From TPA_inf: Saccharomyces (Eukaryota): DNA of 64,000 nt. Positions 1-10,983 of this stretch are shown here, piece by piece (the first letter of the stretch is position 1; the number at the start of each line of letters is the position of its first letter). The notes below the pieces were generated by a model, which made no database searches, was not told the origin of the DNA, and saw only the letters and a program-made list of their open reading frames with translations. Both the position numbers and the translations under genes were made by a program. The stretch spans positions 800,001 to 864,000 of the forward strand of contig BK006949.2 in NCBI GenBank assembly GCA_000146045.2, given 5' to 3'.

Positions 1-1
1 C

Positions 2-2017
2 TCTATAAAGGGATATTCCCTACAAAAGACGTTGTCCACAAATCTCTCATCAACAAAGGCTCATTTCATTGATTTGCAATTTGACCCGTTACGTGGAACT
101 TACATTGCGGCAGTAGATTTAAATAATAAGTTAACGGTATGGAATTGGGAAACTTCCGAGATCCACTACACCAGGGAATTCAAAAGAAAAATTACTAATA
201 TTGCCTGGAAAATCCAAGCGGACTCAAAAACTCTAGACCTTGTTTTAGGTACCTGGTCCGGTAGTATAGCCATTGTCCAAAATTTGGCAGAGTCCGTAGT
301 ATCTAATATACCTGACCAATCTGTTGCTGAATCTTCAACTAAACATGGGCTTTTTGTAGACTCCGAATCTGACTTGGAAAACTTAGAGGGAAATGATGAT
401 ATAAACAAAAGCGATAAGCTATTTTCAGATATTACTCAAGAAGCGAATGCGGAAGATGTGTTCACTCAAACACACGACGGCCCCAGTGGATTAAGTGAAA
501 AGAGAAAATACAACTTCGAAGATGAAGAAGACTTTATTGATGATGACGATGGTGCTGGTTATATTAGTGGCAAAAAACCACATAATGAACATTCTTATTC
601 GAGAGTACACAAGACTCATTCGTTTCCAATCAGTTTGGCAAACACAGGAAAATTTCGTTATATGCCTTTTTCTCCAGCGGGAACACCTTTTGGCTTTACT
701 GACAGGCGTTATTTGACAATGAATGAAGTGGGCTACGTATCTACTGTCAAGAATAGTGAGCAATACAGCATAACTGTCTCTTTTTTTGATGTTGGACGTT
801 TTAGAGAATACCATTTCGAGGACTTATTTGGCTACGATTTATGCTTCCTAAATGAAAAAGGCACTTTATTTGGCCAATCCAAAACTGGGCAGATACAATA
901 TAGGCCACACGATAGCATACATTCAAACTGGACCAAGATTATTCCTTTGCAAGCTGGTGAGAGAATAACAAGTGTGGCAGCCACCCCGGTTCGCGTTATT
1001 GTTGGTACATCATTAGGCTATTTCAGAAGTTTCAATCAATTCGGGGTTCCATTTGCTGTTGAAAAGACATCCCCAATTGTAGCGCTTACTGCTCAGAATT
1101 ATAGGGTTTTTTCAGTACATTATTCGCAGTTTCATGGCCTTTCATACTCTTTATCTGAATTGGGTACTTCTAGTAAAAGGTACTATAAAAGAGAGTGTCC
1201 ACTTCCAATGAGTTTACCAAACATTAATTCTGATATGAAAAAAGACGCAAATCTTGACTACTACAATTTTAATCCGATGGGCATCAAAAGTTTGTTCTTT
1301 TCAAGCTACGGAGATCCATGCATTTTTGGGTCCGACAACACGCTTCTATTGTTATCAAAGTGGAGATCACCAGAAGAAAGTAAATGGCTCCCTATTCTAG
1401 ATAGCAACATGGAAATATGGAAGATGTCAGGAGGGAAGGAAACGACAGATATACATGTCTGGCCCTTGGCTTTGGCGTATGACACATTGAATTGTATCTT
1501 AGTTAAGGGCAAGCATATATGGCCCGAGTTTCCCCTTCCGTTGCCATCCGAAATGGAGATTAGAATGCCAGTATTTGTTAAGAGTAAATTACTAGAGGAA
1601 AACAAAGCTATATTAAATAAAAAGAACGAAATTGGAGCTGACACCGAAGCGGAAGAAGGGGAAGAAGACAAAGAAATACAGATTCCTGTTTCTATGGCGG
1701 CGGAAGAAGAGTATCTGCGCAGCAAGGTTTTGTCAGAGCTGTTGACAGATACACTCGAAAATGACGGTGAAATGTACGGCAACGAAAATGAGGTATTGGC
1801 AGCATTGAACGGTGCATATGATAAGGCTTTGTTACGTTTATTTGCGTCTGCATGCTCAGACCAAAATGTTGAAAAGGCTCTTTCGCTTGCTCATGAATTA
1901 AAACAAGATAGAGCACTTACTGCAGCCGTTAAGATATCAGAAAGAGCTGAGCTGCCCTCTCTCGTTAAAAAAATTAATAATATAAGGGAAGCTAGATATG
2001 AACAGCAATTGAAATAA
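2..2017 (+). CDS. CTF4: C-terminal about 670 codons of a larger ORF that continues upstream of the window; probable CTF4 (YPR135W) 3' portion
   Basis: The frame is open from nt 2 with no stop until TAA at 2015-2017. The ORF-track start at 32 is TTG, not ATG, so the true start lies outside the window. Identified from its position immediately upstream of RRP9 and from WD/beta-propeller-like sequence. The gene name rests on remembered gene order. Confidence 0.65.
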   Translation, partial: SIKGYSLQKTLSTNLSSTKAHFIDLQFDPLRGTYIAAVDLNNKLTVWNWETSEIHYTREFKRKITNIAWKIQADSKTLDLVLGTWSGSIAIVQNLAESVVSNIPDQSVAESSTKHGLFVDSESDLENLEGNDDINKSDKLFSDITQEANAEDVFTQTHDGPSGLSEKRKYNFEDEEDFIDDDDGAGYISGKKPHNEHSYSRVHKTHSFPISLANTGKFRYMPFSPAGTPFGFTDRRYLTMNEVGYVSTVKNSEQYSITVSFFDVGRFREYHFEDLFGYDLCFLNEKGTLFGQSKTGQIQYRPHDSIHSNWTKIIPLQAGERITSVAATPVRVIVGTSLGYFRSFNQFGVPFAVEKTSPIVALTAQNYRVFSVHYSQFHGLSYSLSELGTSSKRYYKRECPLPMSLPNINSDMKKDANLDYYNFNPMGIKSLFFSSYGDPCIFGSDNTLLLLSKWRSPEESKWLPILDSNMEIWKMSGGKETTDIHVWPLALAYDTLNCILVKGKHIWPEFPLPLPSEMEIRMPVFVKSKLLEENKAILNKKNEIGADTEAEEGEEDKEIQIPVSMAAEEEYLRSKVLSELLTDTLENDGEMYGNENEVLAALNGAYDKALLRLFASACSDQNVEKALSLAHELKQDRALTAAVKISERAELPSLVKKINNIREARYEQQLK

Positions 2018-2358
2018 AAAAATGTAAAATATATATACGCAAGAGACAATTATTTGATACCTGTTCATTTGTTCAAATCATCGTTCAAAATGCTCCCACA
2101 TTAACATATATTTCTTTGAATGCGACGATAATAAAGAGTTACGTTGAACATGATCTGAGCTGGAAGCGTCCTTGCGAATTTTCGCGAAAGGAAAAAGTGA
2201 AAAAATATGAAAAAAAAAAAAAGAGATGACATTTTATAGATGAGCTTTGATTAAACAGTGTAACACCTGGTCCTGTACCGTAAATATTCAAATAAGCATC
2301 AATTCAAAGTTCTTTATTTCTTCTTTAGCATTTCAAAATTATAGAAAATCTAGAAAAG

Positions 2359-4080
2359 ATGTCAGATGTTACCCAACAGAAAAAGAGGAAAAGATCCAAA
2401 GGAGAAGTTAATCCATCAAAACCCACAGTAGACGAAGAAATCACAGATCCATCCTCAAACGAAGATGAACAACTAGAAGTTTCGGATGAAGAAGACGCAT
2501 TGGAATCTGAAGAAGAATTCGAGGGTGAAAATCCAGCCGATAAAAGAAGGAGGCTTGCAAAGCAATATCTGGAGAATCTGAAAAGCGAAGCTAATGACAT
2601 TTTAACTGATAATAGGAACGCTGAAGAAAAAGATTTAAACAATCTCAAGGAAAGAACAATCGACGAGTACAACAATTTTGATGCTGGAGATTTGGATAAG
2701 GATATCATTGCGTCCAGGTTAAAAGAAGACGTTGCTGAACAGCAAGGCCGAGTCTTCAGATATTTTGGCGATAAACTTCTAATATCTGAAGCAAAACAGA
2801 GCTTTACCAGGGTAGGGGAAAATAACCTTACTTGCATTAGTTGTTTCCAACCCGTTTTAAACAAATACACCTTCGAGGAATCATCTAATGGCGATAAGAA
2901 CAAAGGTAGGTTATTTGCCTATACAGTTAGCAAAGACTTACAACTCACCAAATATGACATTACTGACTTTAGCAAAAGACCAAAGAAGCTAAAATACGCT
3001 AAAGGAGGAGCAAAATATATACCTACGAGCAAGCACGAATATGAGAATACCACAGAAGGCCATTATGACGAAATCTTAACTGTAGCAGCCTCACCAGATG
3101 GTAAATATGTTGTCACAGGTGGAAGAGATAGGAAGTTAATTGTATGGAGCACAGAATCTCTATCACCCGTTAAAGTTATTCCAACAAAGGATCGCCGAGG
3201 GGAAGTTTTATCGTTGGCTTTTAGAAAAAATTCTGATCAGTTATATGCATCCTGCGCAGATTTTAAGATAAGAACATATTCAATAAATCAATTTTCCCAG
3301 TTGGAGATTCTTTATGGGCATCATGATATAGTGGAAGATATATCTGCGTTGGCGATGGAAAGGTGTGTTACCGTTGGTGCCCGTGATAGAACAGCTATGC
3401 TTTGGAAGATTCCTGACGAGACCAGACTAACATTTAGAGGTGGCGATGAACCTCAAAAGCTACTAAGGAGATGGATGAAAGAAAACGCTAAGGAGGGAGA
3501 AGATGGAGAAGTCAAATATCCTGATGAATCAGAGGCACCTTTATTTTTCTGCGAGGGTAGTATTGACGTTGTGAGTATGGTGGATGATTTTCACTTTATA
3601 ACAGGCTCCGATAATGGTAATATATGTCTATGGTCTCTGGCGAAGAAGAAACCTATCTTCACGGAAAGAATTGCCCATGGTATTTTACCTGAGCCCTCTT
3701 TCAATGACATTTCGGGGGAAACCGATGAAGAATTAAGAAAAAGACAGTTGCAAGGCAAGAAATTGCTACAACCATTTTGGATCACATCTCTTTACGCTAT
3801 TCCATATTCGAATGTATTCATATCTGGATCATGGAGTGGATCGCTAAAAGTTTGGAAAATTAGTGATAATCTCAGATCATTTGAGTTGCTAGGTGAATTA
3901 TCTGGCGCTAAAGGTGTAGTTACCAAGATTCAGGTTGTAGAAAGTGGTAAACATGGGAAGGAGAAGTTCCGTATTTTGGCTAGTATTGCCAAAGAACACA
4001 GACTCGGTAGATGGATTGCAAATGTTTCAGGTGCCAGAAATGGTATATATTCAGCTGTCATTGACCAAACAGGCTTTTAG
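2359..4080 (+). CDS. RRP9: U3 snoRNP WD40-repeat protein (573 aa)
   Basis: ATG at 2359. The N-terminus is acidic and lysine-rich, followed by WD40 repeats (e.g. LTVAASPDGKYVVTGGRDRKLIVW). Length 573 aa matches RRP9. A PAC-like motif TAGATGAGCT lies at 2237-2246 upstream. Confidence 0.85.
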   Translation: MSDVTQQKKRKRSKGEVNPSKPTVDEEITDPSSNEDEQLEVSDEEDALESEEEFEGENPADKRRRLAKQYLENLKSEANDILTDNRNAEEKDLNNLKERTIDEYNNFDAGDLDKDIIASRLKEDVAEQQGRVFRYFGDKLLISEAKQSFTRVGENNLTCISCFQPVLNKYTFEESSNGDKNKGRLFAYTVSKDLQLTKYDITDFSKRPKKLKYAKGGAKYIPTSKHEYENTTEGHYDEILTVAASPDGKYVVTGGRDRKLIVWSTESLSPVKVIPTKDRRGEVLSLAFRKNSDQLYASCADFKIRTYSINQFSQLEILYGHHDIVEDISALAMERCVTVGARDRTAMLWKIPDETRLTFRGGDEPQKLLRRWMKENAKEGEDGEVKYPDESEAPLFFCEGSIDVVSMVDDFHFITGSDNGNICLWSLAKKKPIFTERIAHGILPEPSFNDISGETDEELRKRQLQGKKLLQPFWITSLYAIPYSNVFISGSWSGSLKVWKISDNLRSFELLGELSGAKGVVTKIQVVESGKHGKEKFRILASIAKEHRLGRWIANVSGARNGIYSAVIDQTGF

Positions 4081-4456
4081 ATTGCTGATATTGCCGTAAT
4101 TTTCCATGCCCTTTTCACTCTCTCAGAACGCAAAGCGGCTCCGGCTCCCAAGTATATAGAAATAAGCATATAGAATGAAATGTATCTTTTGTAAAATATC
4201 TAAAAAAAAAATAGTACATGTATTTTAGTCTTTTTGGTACATTAAAAAAGTTTTCATTGTCACGTATCTGCAATGGCATTCTTCACAAAGCATGTTAGAT
4301 GCGGGGGGAGGGGAATGATTATGGACAAGAAGACCAATATTATTATTTATTCTTCAATGGAATCGGAAATAGAATGAAGAATTATGACTCCCTGATATGC
4401 GAATAGTTTGAACCTAAAACGCGCCAGGACTGTTTAAAAATAACAAAATCGAACAT

Positions 4457-4644
4457 TGTTAGAATGAAACTCTAACATGTTATCTATTTAGTAGTATGAA
4501 CGGAAGGATAAATAATCGAAATATTATTATGTAGAAATACCGATTCCATTTTGATTCTTATATTCTCGAGAGAACTTCTAGTATATCTGTATACATAATA
4601 TGATAGCCTTTACCAACAATGGAATCCCAACAATTATCGAATTA
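4457..4644 (+). repeat. Diverged, internally deleted solo delta (Ty1/2 LTR) fragment in + orientation, interrupted 15 bp from its 3' end by the Ty1 insertion; its remaining tail is at about 10563-10585
   Basis: tgttagaatgaaactc... aligns to the delta start TGTTGGAATAGAAATC. The segment ...gtagaaataccgattccattttga...ctagtatatctgtatac...cctttaccaacaatggaatcccaacaattatcgaatta aligns to the delta 3' third, ending just before the Ty1 LTR. Confidence 0.55.
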
Positions 4645-4978
4645 TGAGAAATGGGTGAATGTTGAGATAATTGTTGGGATTCCATTGTTGATAAAGGCTA
4701 TAATATTAGGTATACAGAATATACTAGAAGTTCTCCTCAAGGATTTAGGAATCCATAAAAGGGAATCTGCAATTCTACACAATTCTATAAATATTATTAT
4801 CATCATTTTATATGTTTATATTCATTGATCCTATTACATTATCAATCCTTGCGTTTCAGCTTCCACTAATTTAGATGACTATTTCTCATCATTTGCGTCA
4901 TCTTCTAACACCGTATATGATAATATACTAGTAATGTAAATACTAGTTAGTAGATGATAGTTGATTTCTATTCCAACA
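4645..4978 (-). repeat. 3' LTR (delta, Ty1-H3-type U3) of Ty1 copy 1
   Basis: 334 bp, identical to the 10229-10562 copy. Ends with the canonical TGTTGG...TCTCA termini in element orientation. Confidence 0.95.
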
Positions 4979-5000
4979 TACCACCCATAATGTAATAGAT

Positions 5001-8000
5001 CTAATGAATCCATTTGTTAGTTAATAGTTTAAATGTTTTTATCGGAAGAGGTTTTGTCATCACATCAGCAATGTTCTTCTTGGTCTCGATGTAGTATACG
5101 TATAGATTATTACCTGATACTTCATCTCTAAGTCTCATTGCCTTTGTGCCAAAAAATCTGTTTCTAAATTTCTCTTCATTTGTAGACTTAATTATACTGA
5201 TCGTTGATCTACTATCAGTAAGTAAGCCTTTAATAATTGGTTTCTTGTTAAGTTCTTGCACAAGGTGACTGAGGTTATTCAATAGCGGAATAGCTTCACT
5301 GACTGCGTGTATTTCTGCTTCTGTAGTTGAAGTGCATGTTAACGAAGCCTTTGTCGACTTTCCTCCAATCACTTTTCCGTTGAGTAGGAAAATGTTACCA
5401 ATTTGTGACTTGTAATATGGTTGGTTACCATATGAAGCATCGCTTATTGCGACTAGTTTATTATCTGGCTCGGTAGGTTTGTTTTTGTGCCATATCAGTT
5501 GTTTATCTCTAGTGTCCCACATGAATTGTATTAACTCATATGTCATGTCTAAAACTTGCCTAGAGGGGAATAGTATATGTTGAGCAAGTGTGTTGATGTA
5601 GTATAGTAAGTCAAATCTAAATTTATATCCAACATATGAAGCTAGACCAATCAACTTTTGCATTTCATGTACCTTCTCTTTGTATTCATCTTCATCTATT
5701 TCTAGTTCATCCTGGTCTATATAAAGACCTGGTTGACCTGGAGCGCTAAGTTTTCTTCCTTTTGGATTCAAAGGTACGTTTAATTTGGGTATTTTCTCAG
5801 TTAATGAGTTTTCCATACCTAATTTCATGTATTTACCTCTTTGATATTTGATTTCTAAGCCAAGTATGTCGTACTGAATTTCGTTATCACTTTCACCCAG
5901 ATTTATTATCTTTGTATCGTATTGTTTCTTGAGTGTTGTTATGATTTTCTTATTTGCATTTAAGTCTTTGCTGAACAATATCATATCATCAACGAATAAG
6001 CAAATTGTTACTTGACTATTCTTAAATACGCATGACCATCCACGAACTTCTTCCATACCACACTGTTTTATCAGGTATGATTTGATAGTTTCGTACCAGT
6101 TCGCTCCACTTTGTTTCAATCCATAATGTGATTTCTTCAAACGTATCAACTTATCATTCATTCCTAAATGTGGTGGAGGTCTTATGTATAATTCTTCTTT
6201 GATGTCTGCATACAAATATGCCGAAGATATGTCTAATTGTGTAATATAGTAGTTATTGTCTAATGCAAGTGACAGGGATGTCATCAACGCATAATGATGT
6301 ACAGTGTTGGATTGCATACCTGTATCGTACGTATCAGGATGCTGAATGTCACCTCTTGCAACAAATCTAGCTTTATGAGTTCCGTCACGTTTCTTGTTGA
6401 AGATAAACATTGAGTTTATTACTCTTTTAGGGTCTATTTCTTTTCTGTCATAATATTTGTCAGTGTCCCAAGTATTCATTTTCAATAGTTGGTTGACTTC
6501 TTTGTGGTATGCCTCGATATATTTTTCTTTTTCTTTAATATCTTTATTATAGGTGATTGCCTCATCGTATCGTAAGGTTGTCCGTATTGGTTTGATTGAT
6601 TTTACTGCTTTTACAGCTGCAATCAGGTGAATTCGTTTCTTCGATCTCGGAGGTTCTAAACTACGCATATTCTTAGTATTCCATGTGTCTCGTGATACCT
6701 TAATTTCAGTTTCATTATCTTCTAATGATCTTTTCTTACTGTTGATAGTAGTATAGGCATTAGAGTCACCAATACCACCCAAACTGGAATTAGTTTGATG
6801 AGAATTTATCGGTGGGAGTTCTTTAAATGGGTCAGGGAATTCGGTAGGAGATTCTGGAGGTAGATCAGGGAGTGGGAGATCAGCGATGATAGATTCCTCG
6901 GTATTCTGTTCAGAAACAGTAGTTGGCGTTTTGATAGGAACAATATTGTGCGATGAATTATTTTCCGGTGGAGAAGCATCGATTGAAGGTGAACGGTGTA
7001 TAATCCTTTTCTCAGTCTCTTGGTCACTTATCTGCGGAACAGTTTTGTTGTTGGTACCACCCGTACTGGATATTGGTACGTTTGTATGATTAGTCTCATT
7101 TTCACTGTACGAGTCTGAGTGTCTGAAATCTTTAGATTTACTGGCGTGCGACGACTCATGTGTGTTAGATTGGGACATGGGAGCAAGTAAAGGAACATTT
7201 AATTTATGCATACCACCCGAACCGGTACTCTCGATATTGGAAATTTGGGGGGTGCTAGATCTCTTCTTTGATGGAAGAATATTAGATTCAGATATGTTGG
7301 GGTCAACTTCTCTGGGTGCGCGAATATTGGTTTTAGAAACACGTTTCGAATCTTCAGTATGAGTTGACGGAGGTGTGGAATCGGTTGGACTCACAGCTTT
7401 TGAAAGGACATTTCTCGGTTGCTCAGGATGTAGTTCAATGTCGGATTGGAAGTCATGGTCAGATTCTATGTTAAGATCATTGGATTCTTGGATCTCATTT
7501 GACGCAATGAACGAATGATATGAAGCAGTTAAACGGTTTAAGTCTTCATCGAAAGTGAGTGCGTCGTAATTGAATTGATCTAATCTGGATTCCTTGCCCT
7601 GAAGAATAACATAGTTAGTTGTATCTACTGTCTTCTTTAAGGATGGAAGATAGATGATATATCCATAAGAGTTTCGAGACGGATGTAGAGCGTAGCCTGG
7701 GATGCCACGAGGATGTATTTTGGAGTTAGGGTTGTGATCATTGACGATAACAGGTTGACCGAAAGGTAACAAAGTACTGATATCAAGTCCTGCCAAGCCA
7801 GCATGTTGTCTTGCAGATTTTTTGCTTTTAGGTGAAGCTAGTGAATTTCTCACAATAGTAGAAAATTCGATTGCAGAGAACCATAAATGGTTCGGTAAAC
7901 CACTACATTGCAGTTGAGTACGGCAGTCATCTAATAAGGTACGGTTTAGCCGTTCAGCGACTCCATGTGCTCGGGAATCCGCTGTGGTTGTATAGCATGG

Positions 8001-8963
8001 AGTTATACCATTTTTTTCAAGGAATTTATGGAGAGTTCTGTTAGTATACTCAGAACCACGGTCCATTTGTATAACCAAGACACTGGCCTGAAACTGGTTT
8101 TTAATAAAAGCTAGTATCGTAGTAAAAACATCGAGGATAGAGTCCTCGCGACGGTCGTGTAATGGATAAACCCAACGGAATTTTGTTGTCTCATCAGTAA
8201 ATGAGATGAAATAGGATGGTGCACTTTTTGGTAGGTTGTGAACTGGACCAAATATGTCAGTATGTAGGTATTGAAAGGGTTCGTATGAATTTTGGTATTT
8301 TAGTCGTGAACCTTTGATATGTCTGTGTTTGGTGCTTTTGCCGATTAAACAATCAGGACATTGATAGTCAATAGCACTAGACCAGTCGACATCTGATTCG
8401 TTAAAATACGTGATGGTGTTATTTTTAAGTGAGTATCGAATTGTCTGTGCATTGGCATGCGCAAGCATTCGATGAATGAAAGGATAAGGATATTTGCGTG
8501 TACTTTCACTTGTATGGACATTATTGATGGTGGGTACGGAGATATTTGATGGAAGCAAGTACTTTTTAGATACCCAGTAAAAGTCTCCATATTTTACGAT
8601 AGGTGCAAGTACAGTGCCGTCAGACCGTTCTAAGACGTTTTTGGTAAAGCATGCTGTGATATCTACTGCAGCCAATTCATTCAAACTGAGTAAGTCATAG
8701 GCTATGTTAGGAGTGTGCAATACCTTTATTGATGTTTTGGTGTTGTCCTGGAAGTGAAATTGTAGGTCACCAATAGCGTTAATTGGTATATTTCTTTTTT
8801 GAGCATCAACTACGTTTATGTCAGGATTAGATGATGCTGAGTGTATGTGATGAGCAGATCTTATAAGGGTTCGTGATGCTCCTGAATCGAGAAGGAGGTG
8901 TCCAGGGAGTTCATCATCAGAATGATTAGTATGATTTACTGTAGATTCAGTAAGTTTCTGGCC
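5001..8963 (-). CDS. TYB: TYB (Pol: protease, integrase, RT, RNase H) of Ty1 copy 1, expressed as a Gag-Pol fusion by +1 frameshift at CTT-AGG-C
   Basis: Open frame of 1321 codons from GGC (8963-8961) to the stop at 5001. Retroviral integrase, RT and RNase H motifs (e.g. YVDDM-like [11 protein letters not shown]) are present. The 38-nt overlap with TYA is typical of Ty1. Confidence 0.9.
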   Translation of the reverse strand, partial: GQKLTESTVNHTNHSDDELPGHLLLDSGASRTLIRSAHHIHSASSNPDINVVDAQKRNIPINAIGDLQFHFQDNTKTSIKVLHTPNIAYDLLSLNELAAVDITACFTKNVLERSDGTVLAPIVKYGDFYWVSKKYLLPSNISVPTINNVHTSESTRKYPYPFIHRMLAHANAQTIRYSLKNNTITYFNESDVDWSSAIDYQCPDCLIGKSTKHRHIKGSRLKYQNSYEPFQYLHTDIFGPVHNLPKSAPSYFISFTDETTKFRWVYPLHDRREDSILDVFTTILAFIKNQFQASVLVIQMDRGSEYTNRTLHKFLEKNGITPCYTTTADSRAHGVAERLNRTLLDDCRTQLQCSGLPNHLWFSAIEFSTIVRNSLASPKSKKSARQHAGLAGLDISTLLPFGQPVIVNDHNPNSKIHPRGIPGYALHPSRNSYGYIIYLPSLKKTVDTTNYVILQGKESRLDQFNYDALTFDEDLNRLTASYHSFIASNEIQESNDLNIESDHDFQSDIELHPEQPRNVLSKAVSPTDSTPPSTHTEDSKRVSKTNIRAPREVDPNISESNILPSKKRSSTPQISNIESTGSGGMHKLNVPLLAPMSQSNTHESSHASKSKDFRHSDSYSENETNHTNVPISSTGGTNNKTVPQISDQETEKRIIHRSPSIDASPPENNSSHNIVPIKTPTTVSEQNTEESIIADLPLPDLPPESPTEFPDPFKELPPINSHQTNSSLGGIGDSNAYTTINSKKRSLEDNETEIKVSRDTWNTKNMRSLEPPRSKKRIHLIAAVKAVKSIKPIRTTLRYDEAITYNKDIKEKEKYIEAYHKEVNQLLKMNTWDTDKYYDRKEIDPKRVINSMFIFNKKRDGTHKARFVARGDIQHPDTYDTGMQSNTVHHYALMTSLSLALDNNYYITQLDISSAYLYADIKEELYIRPPPHLGMNDKLIRLKKSHYGLKQSGANWYETIKSYLIKQCGMEEVRGWSCVFKNSQVTICLFVDDMILFSKDLNANKKIITTLKKQYDTKIINLGESDNEIQYDILGLEIKYQRGKYMKLGMENSLTEKIPKLNVPLNPKGRKLSAPGQPGLYIDQDELEIDEDEYKEKVHEMQKLIGLASYVGYKFRFDLLYYINTLAQHILFPSRQVLDMTYELIQFMWDTRDKQLIWHKNKPTEPDNKLVAISDASYGNQPYYKSQIGNIFLLNGKVIGGKSTKASLTCTSTTEAEIHAVSEAIPLLNNLSHLVQELNKKPIIKGLLTDSRSTISIIKSTNEEKFRNRFFGTKAMRLRDEVSGNNLYVYYIETKKNIADVMTKPLPIKTFKLLTNKWIH

Positions 8964-10269
8964 TAAGATGAAGGTCGTGCTTATTGTTCAATTGAATCGG
9001 TTCAGTAGTTGATTTACTGATGGAATCGTTGTCCGTGCTGGGAGAGTTATTAGATGTGGATACATTGTGAGCCCTGGCTGTTTTCGATTTCGAATTATTT
9101 GTTTTTTGAGGATTCCGAGCTATAACTTTGGGTTTGGTTGTATTCGTATAGCTGCGAGAATCATTCTTCTCATCACTCGGATTTCTCCTGTAATTAGGTT
9201 TACTGTTTCTCGATCCCTGTTGTTCTTCATAAATAGCATGGATATCTAAGAACAGTTCAGCGACTGTCATATTTAGATGTCGATGACGTGTGTAGCGTAA
9301 AAATTTATATTCGCCAGATAGACCTCTCATAATTAATTGGCATGCGACCTTGTTATTGATATGAATGCCATTATTGTTCAGTCTGTCGATAATGTTTGTG
9401 ACTTTTGTTTCAAATGCATCTGCAGGTGTACTGCCATTATATTGCAAATTTGCCAGGGTCACAATGTCGTTTGCCTCTTGGGTATCAGATTGCATTTTTT
9501 CAATACTTTTGGAAAGAATTTTCATGATATCCGTATAATCAACGGATAGGATGTCTTTGACCCAGGTAGGTAGGAATTGAGAGGGAGCAAATATTTGAAA
9601 AGTGTTATACAAGAAGGTGAGTTCATCATCAGTGATCTGACGTACGGGTTTTCCGTTTACTGTCGGAATAATACCACCGAGATTCGAGTTTTGTAAAAAT
9701 TTGATGTATGTTTTAACCCAATTTGGAAAGTCATTAGGTGAGGTTAACATTGGTGGTGGTCTGACATATTTTTTAGTGGATGTCATATCAGAGTCCGCTG
9801 AGGATGAATCAGTAAATGTATTACCTGACTCAGGTGATGGAGTGCTCAGAGGCGTTCCAACTGATGATGGATACTGCGGAAACTGTGATTGTGGCCCAGG
9901 TGGAAAGTACATAGGCGACATTTGATAAGGTGTATACGGAATCATAGATGGGTGTCCGTAAAATGACCAACCAGATGGATTGGCTTGGTTTTGGGTCATC
10001 ATGCACTGCTGTGGGTACGGCCCATTCTGTGGTGAATGTGACTGAGCAGTTTGAGGAGAGGCATGATGGGGGTTCTCTGGAACAGCTGATGAAGCAGGTG
10101 TTGTTGTCTGTTGAGAGTTAGCCTTAGTGGAAGCCTTCTCACATTCTTCTGTTTTGGAAGCTGAAACGTCTAACGGATCTTGATTTGTGTGGACTTCCTT
10201 AGAAGTAACCGAAGCACAGGCGCTACCATGAGAAATGGGTGAATGTTGAGATAATTGTTGGGATTCCAT
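8947..10269 (-). CDS. TYA: TYA (Gag, 440 aa) of Ty1 copy 1
   Basis: The ATG lies inside the 5' LTR ([15 protein letters not shown]...), a canonical Ty1-H3-like Gag. It ends ...HLRPETY* with the frameshift heptamer 7 codons before the stop. Confidence 0.95.
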   Translation of the reverse strand: MESQQLSQHSPISHGSACASVTSKEVHTNQDPLDVSASKTEECEKASTKANSQQTTTPASSAVPENPHHASPQTAQSHSPQNGPYPQQCMMTQNQANPSGWSFYGHPSMIPYTPYQMSPMYFPPGPQSQFPQYPSSVGTPLSTPSPESGNTFTDSSSADSDMTSTKKYVRPPPMLTSPNDFPNWVKTYIKFLQNSNLGGIIPTVNGKPVRQITDDELTFLYNTFQIFAPSQFLPTWVKDILSVDYTDIMKILSKSIEKMQSDTQEANDIVTLANLQYNGSTPADAFETKVTNIIDRLNNNGIHINNKVACQLIMRGLSGEYKFLRYTRHRHLNMTVAELFLDIHAIYEEQQGSRNSKPNYRRNPSDEKNDSRSYTNTTKPKVIARNPQKTNNSKSKTARAHNVSTSNNSPSTDNDSISKSTTEPIQLNNKHDLHLRPETY

Positions 10270-10562
10270 TGTTGATAAAGGCTATAATATTAGGTATACA
10301 GAATATACTAGAAGTTCTCCTCAAGGATTTAGGAATCCATAAAAGGGAATCTGCAATTCTACACAATTCTATAAATATTATTATCATCATTTTATATGTT
10401 TATATTCATTGATCCTATTACATTATCAATCCTTGCGTTTCAGCTTCCACTAATTTAGATGACTATTTCTCATCATTTGCGTCATCTTCTAACACCGTAT
10501 ATGATAATATACTAGTAATGTAAATACTAGTTAGTAGATGATAGTTGATTTCTATTCCAACA
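10229..10562 (-). repeat. 5' LTR (delta) of Ty1 copy 1
   Basis: Identical to the LTR at 4645-4978. Confidence 0.95.
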
Positions 10563-10675
10563 AATTATTCATCAAATACATCTCGATATCCATATTTTGG
10601 TTGCAAAGAAATAAATACCGGAGATATGATTCAGATGTGGAAGCGGTTTTAAAGTCCCAATTCATCATTATTTGC

Positions 10676-10749
10676 GACTCCATGGCCAAGTTGGTTAAGG
10701 CGTGCGACTGTTAATCGCAAGATCGTGAGTTCAACCCTCACTGGGGTCG
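10676..10749 (+). tRNA. tRNA-Asn (anticodon GUU)
   Basis: 74-nt sequence GACTCCATGGCCAAGTTGGTTAAGGCGTGCGACTGTTAATCGCAAGATCGTGAGTTCAACCCTCACTGGGGTCG with cloverleaf-compatible stems and an A box/B box (GGTTCAACC). An oligo-T terminator lies at 10753-10758. Confidence 0.93.
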
Positions 10750-10983
10750 TATTTTTTACTAAATTAGTTTTTTTTTAGGGAACAGACGTTAAGTTTTTTA
10801 ATATTATTATGGCATATAGAATGGTGAGTAAAAATACCAAATGATGAAATGAATTTGTTTTGTGAGTCTATGATAAAATGCAGAATATAAAATTAAAAAG
10901 TTCAGAAATAAATAAATAAAAAAAAATCTAGTATCGCGGCACTTCCGTTCAATGTGCCGACGAGCAGTTACTGGGGAGTTGAT

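Larger units (their letters stand above)
4645..10562 (-). mobile_element. Full-length Ty1 retrotransposon (5918 bp) with identical 334-bp LTRs and a 5-bp TSD AATTA (4640-4644 and 10563-10567); corresponds to the YPR137C-A/B position
   Basis: LTRs are at 4645-4978 and 10229-10562 and read TGAGAAATGG...TTCCAACA on the + strand. TYA and TYB are intact. The frameshift heptamer CTTAGGC is at 8967-8961 on the minus strand. Length 5918 bp equals canonical Ty1. The 5' LTR ends 113 bp upstream of tRNA-Asn. Confidence 0.95.

Noticed and set aside
2325-2903. 192-aa ORF antisense to the RRP9 5' end (YPR136C-type)
   Set aside because: The first codon is TTG. Its composition mirrors the acidic/lysine-rich RRP9 N-terminus on the other strand.
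5001-10269. Numerous 60-110-aa ORFs on both strands inside the three Ty1 elements and LTRs (e.g. 4619-4828, 6806-7027, 9701-9925, 45053-45376, 52793-53077)
   Set aside because: They are internal to or antisense to the TYA/TYB reading frames, and the same ORFs recur in every Ty1 copy. They are byproducts of the element sequence.
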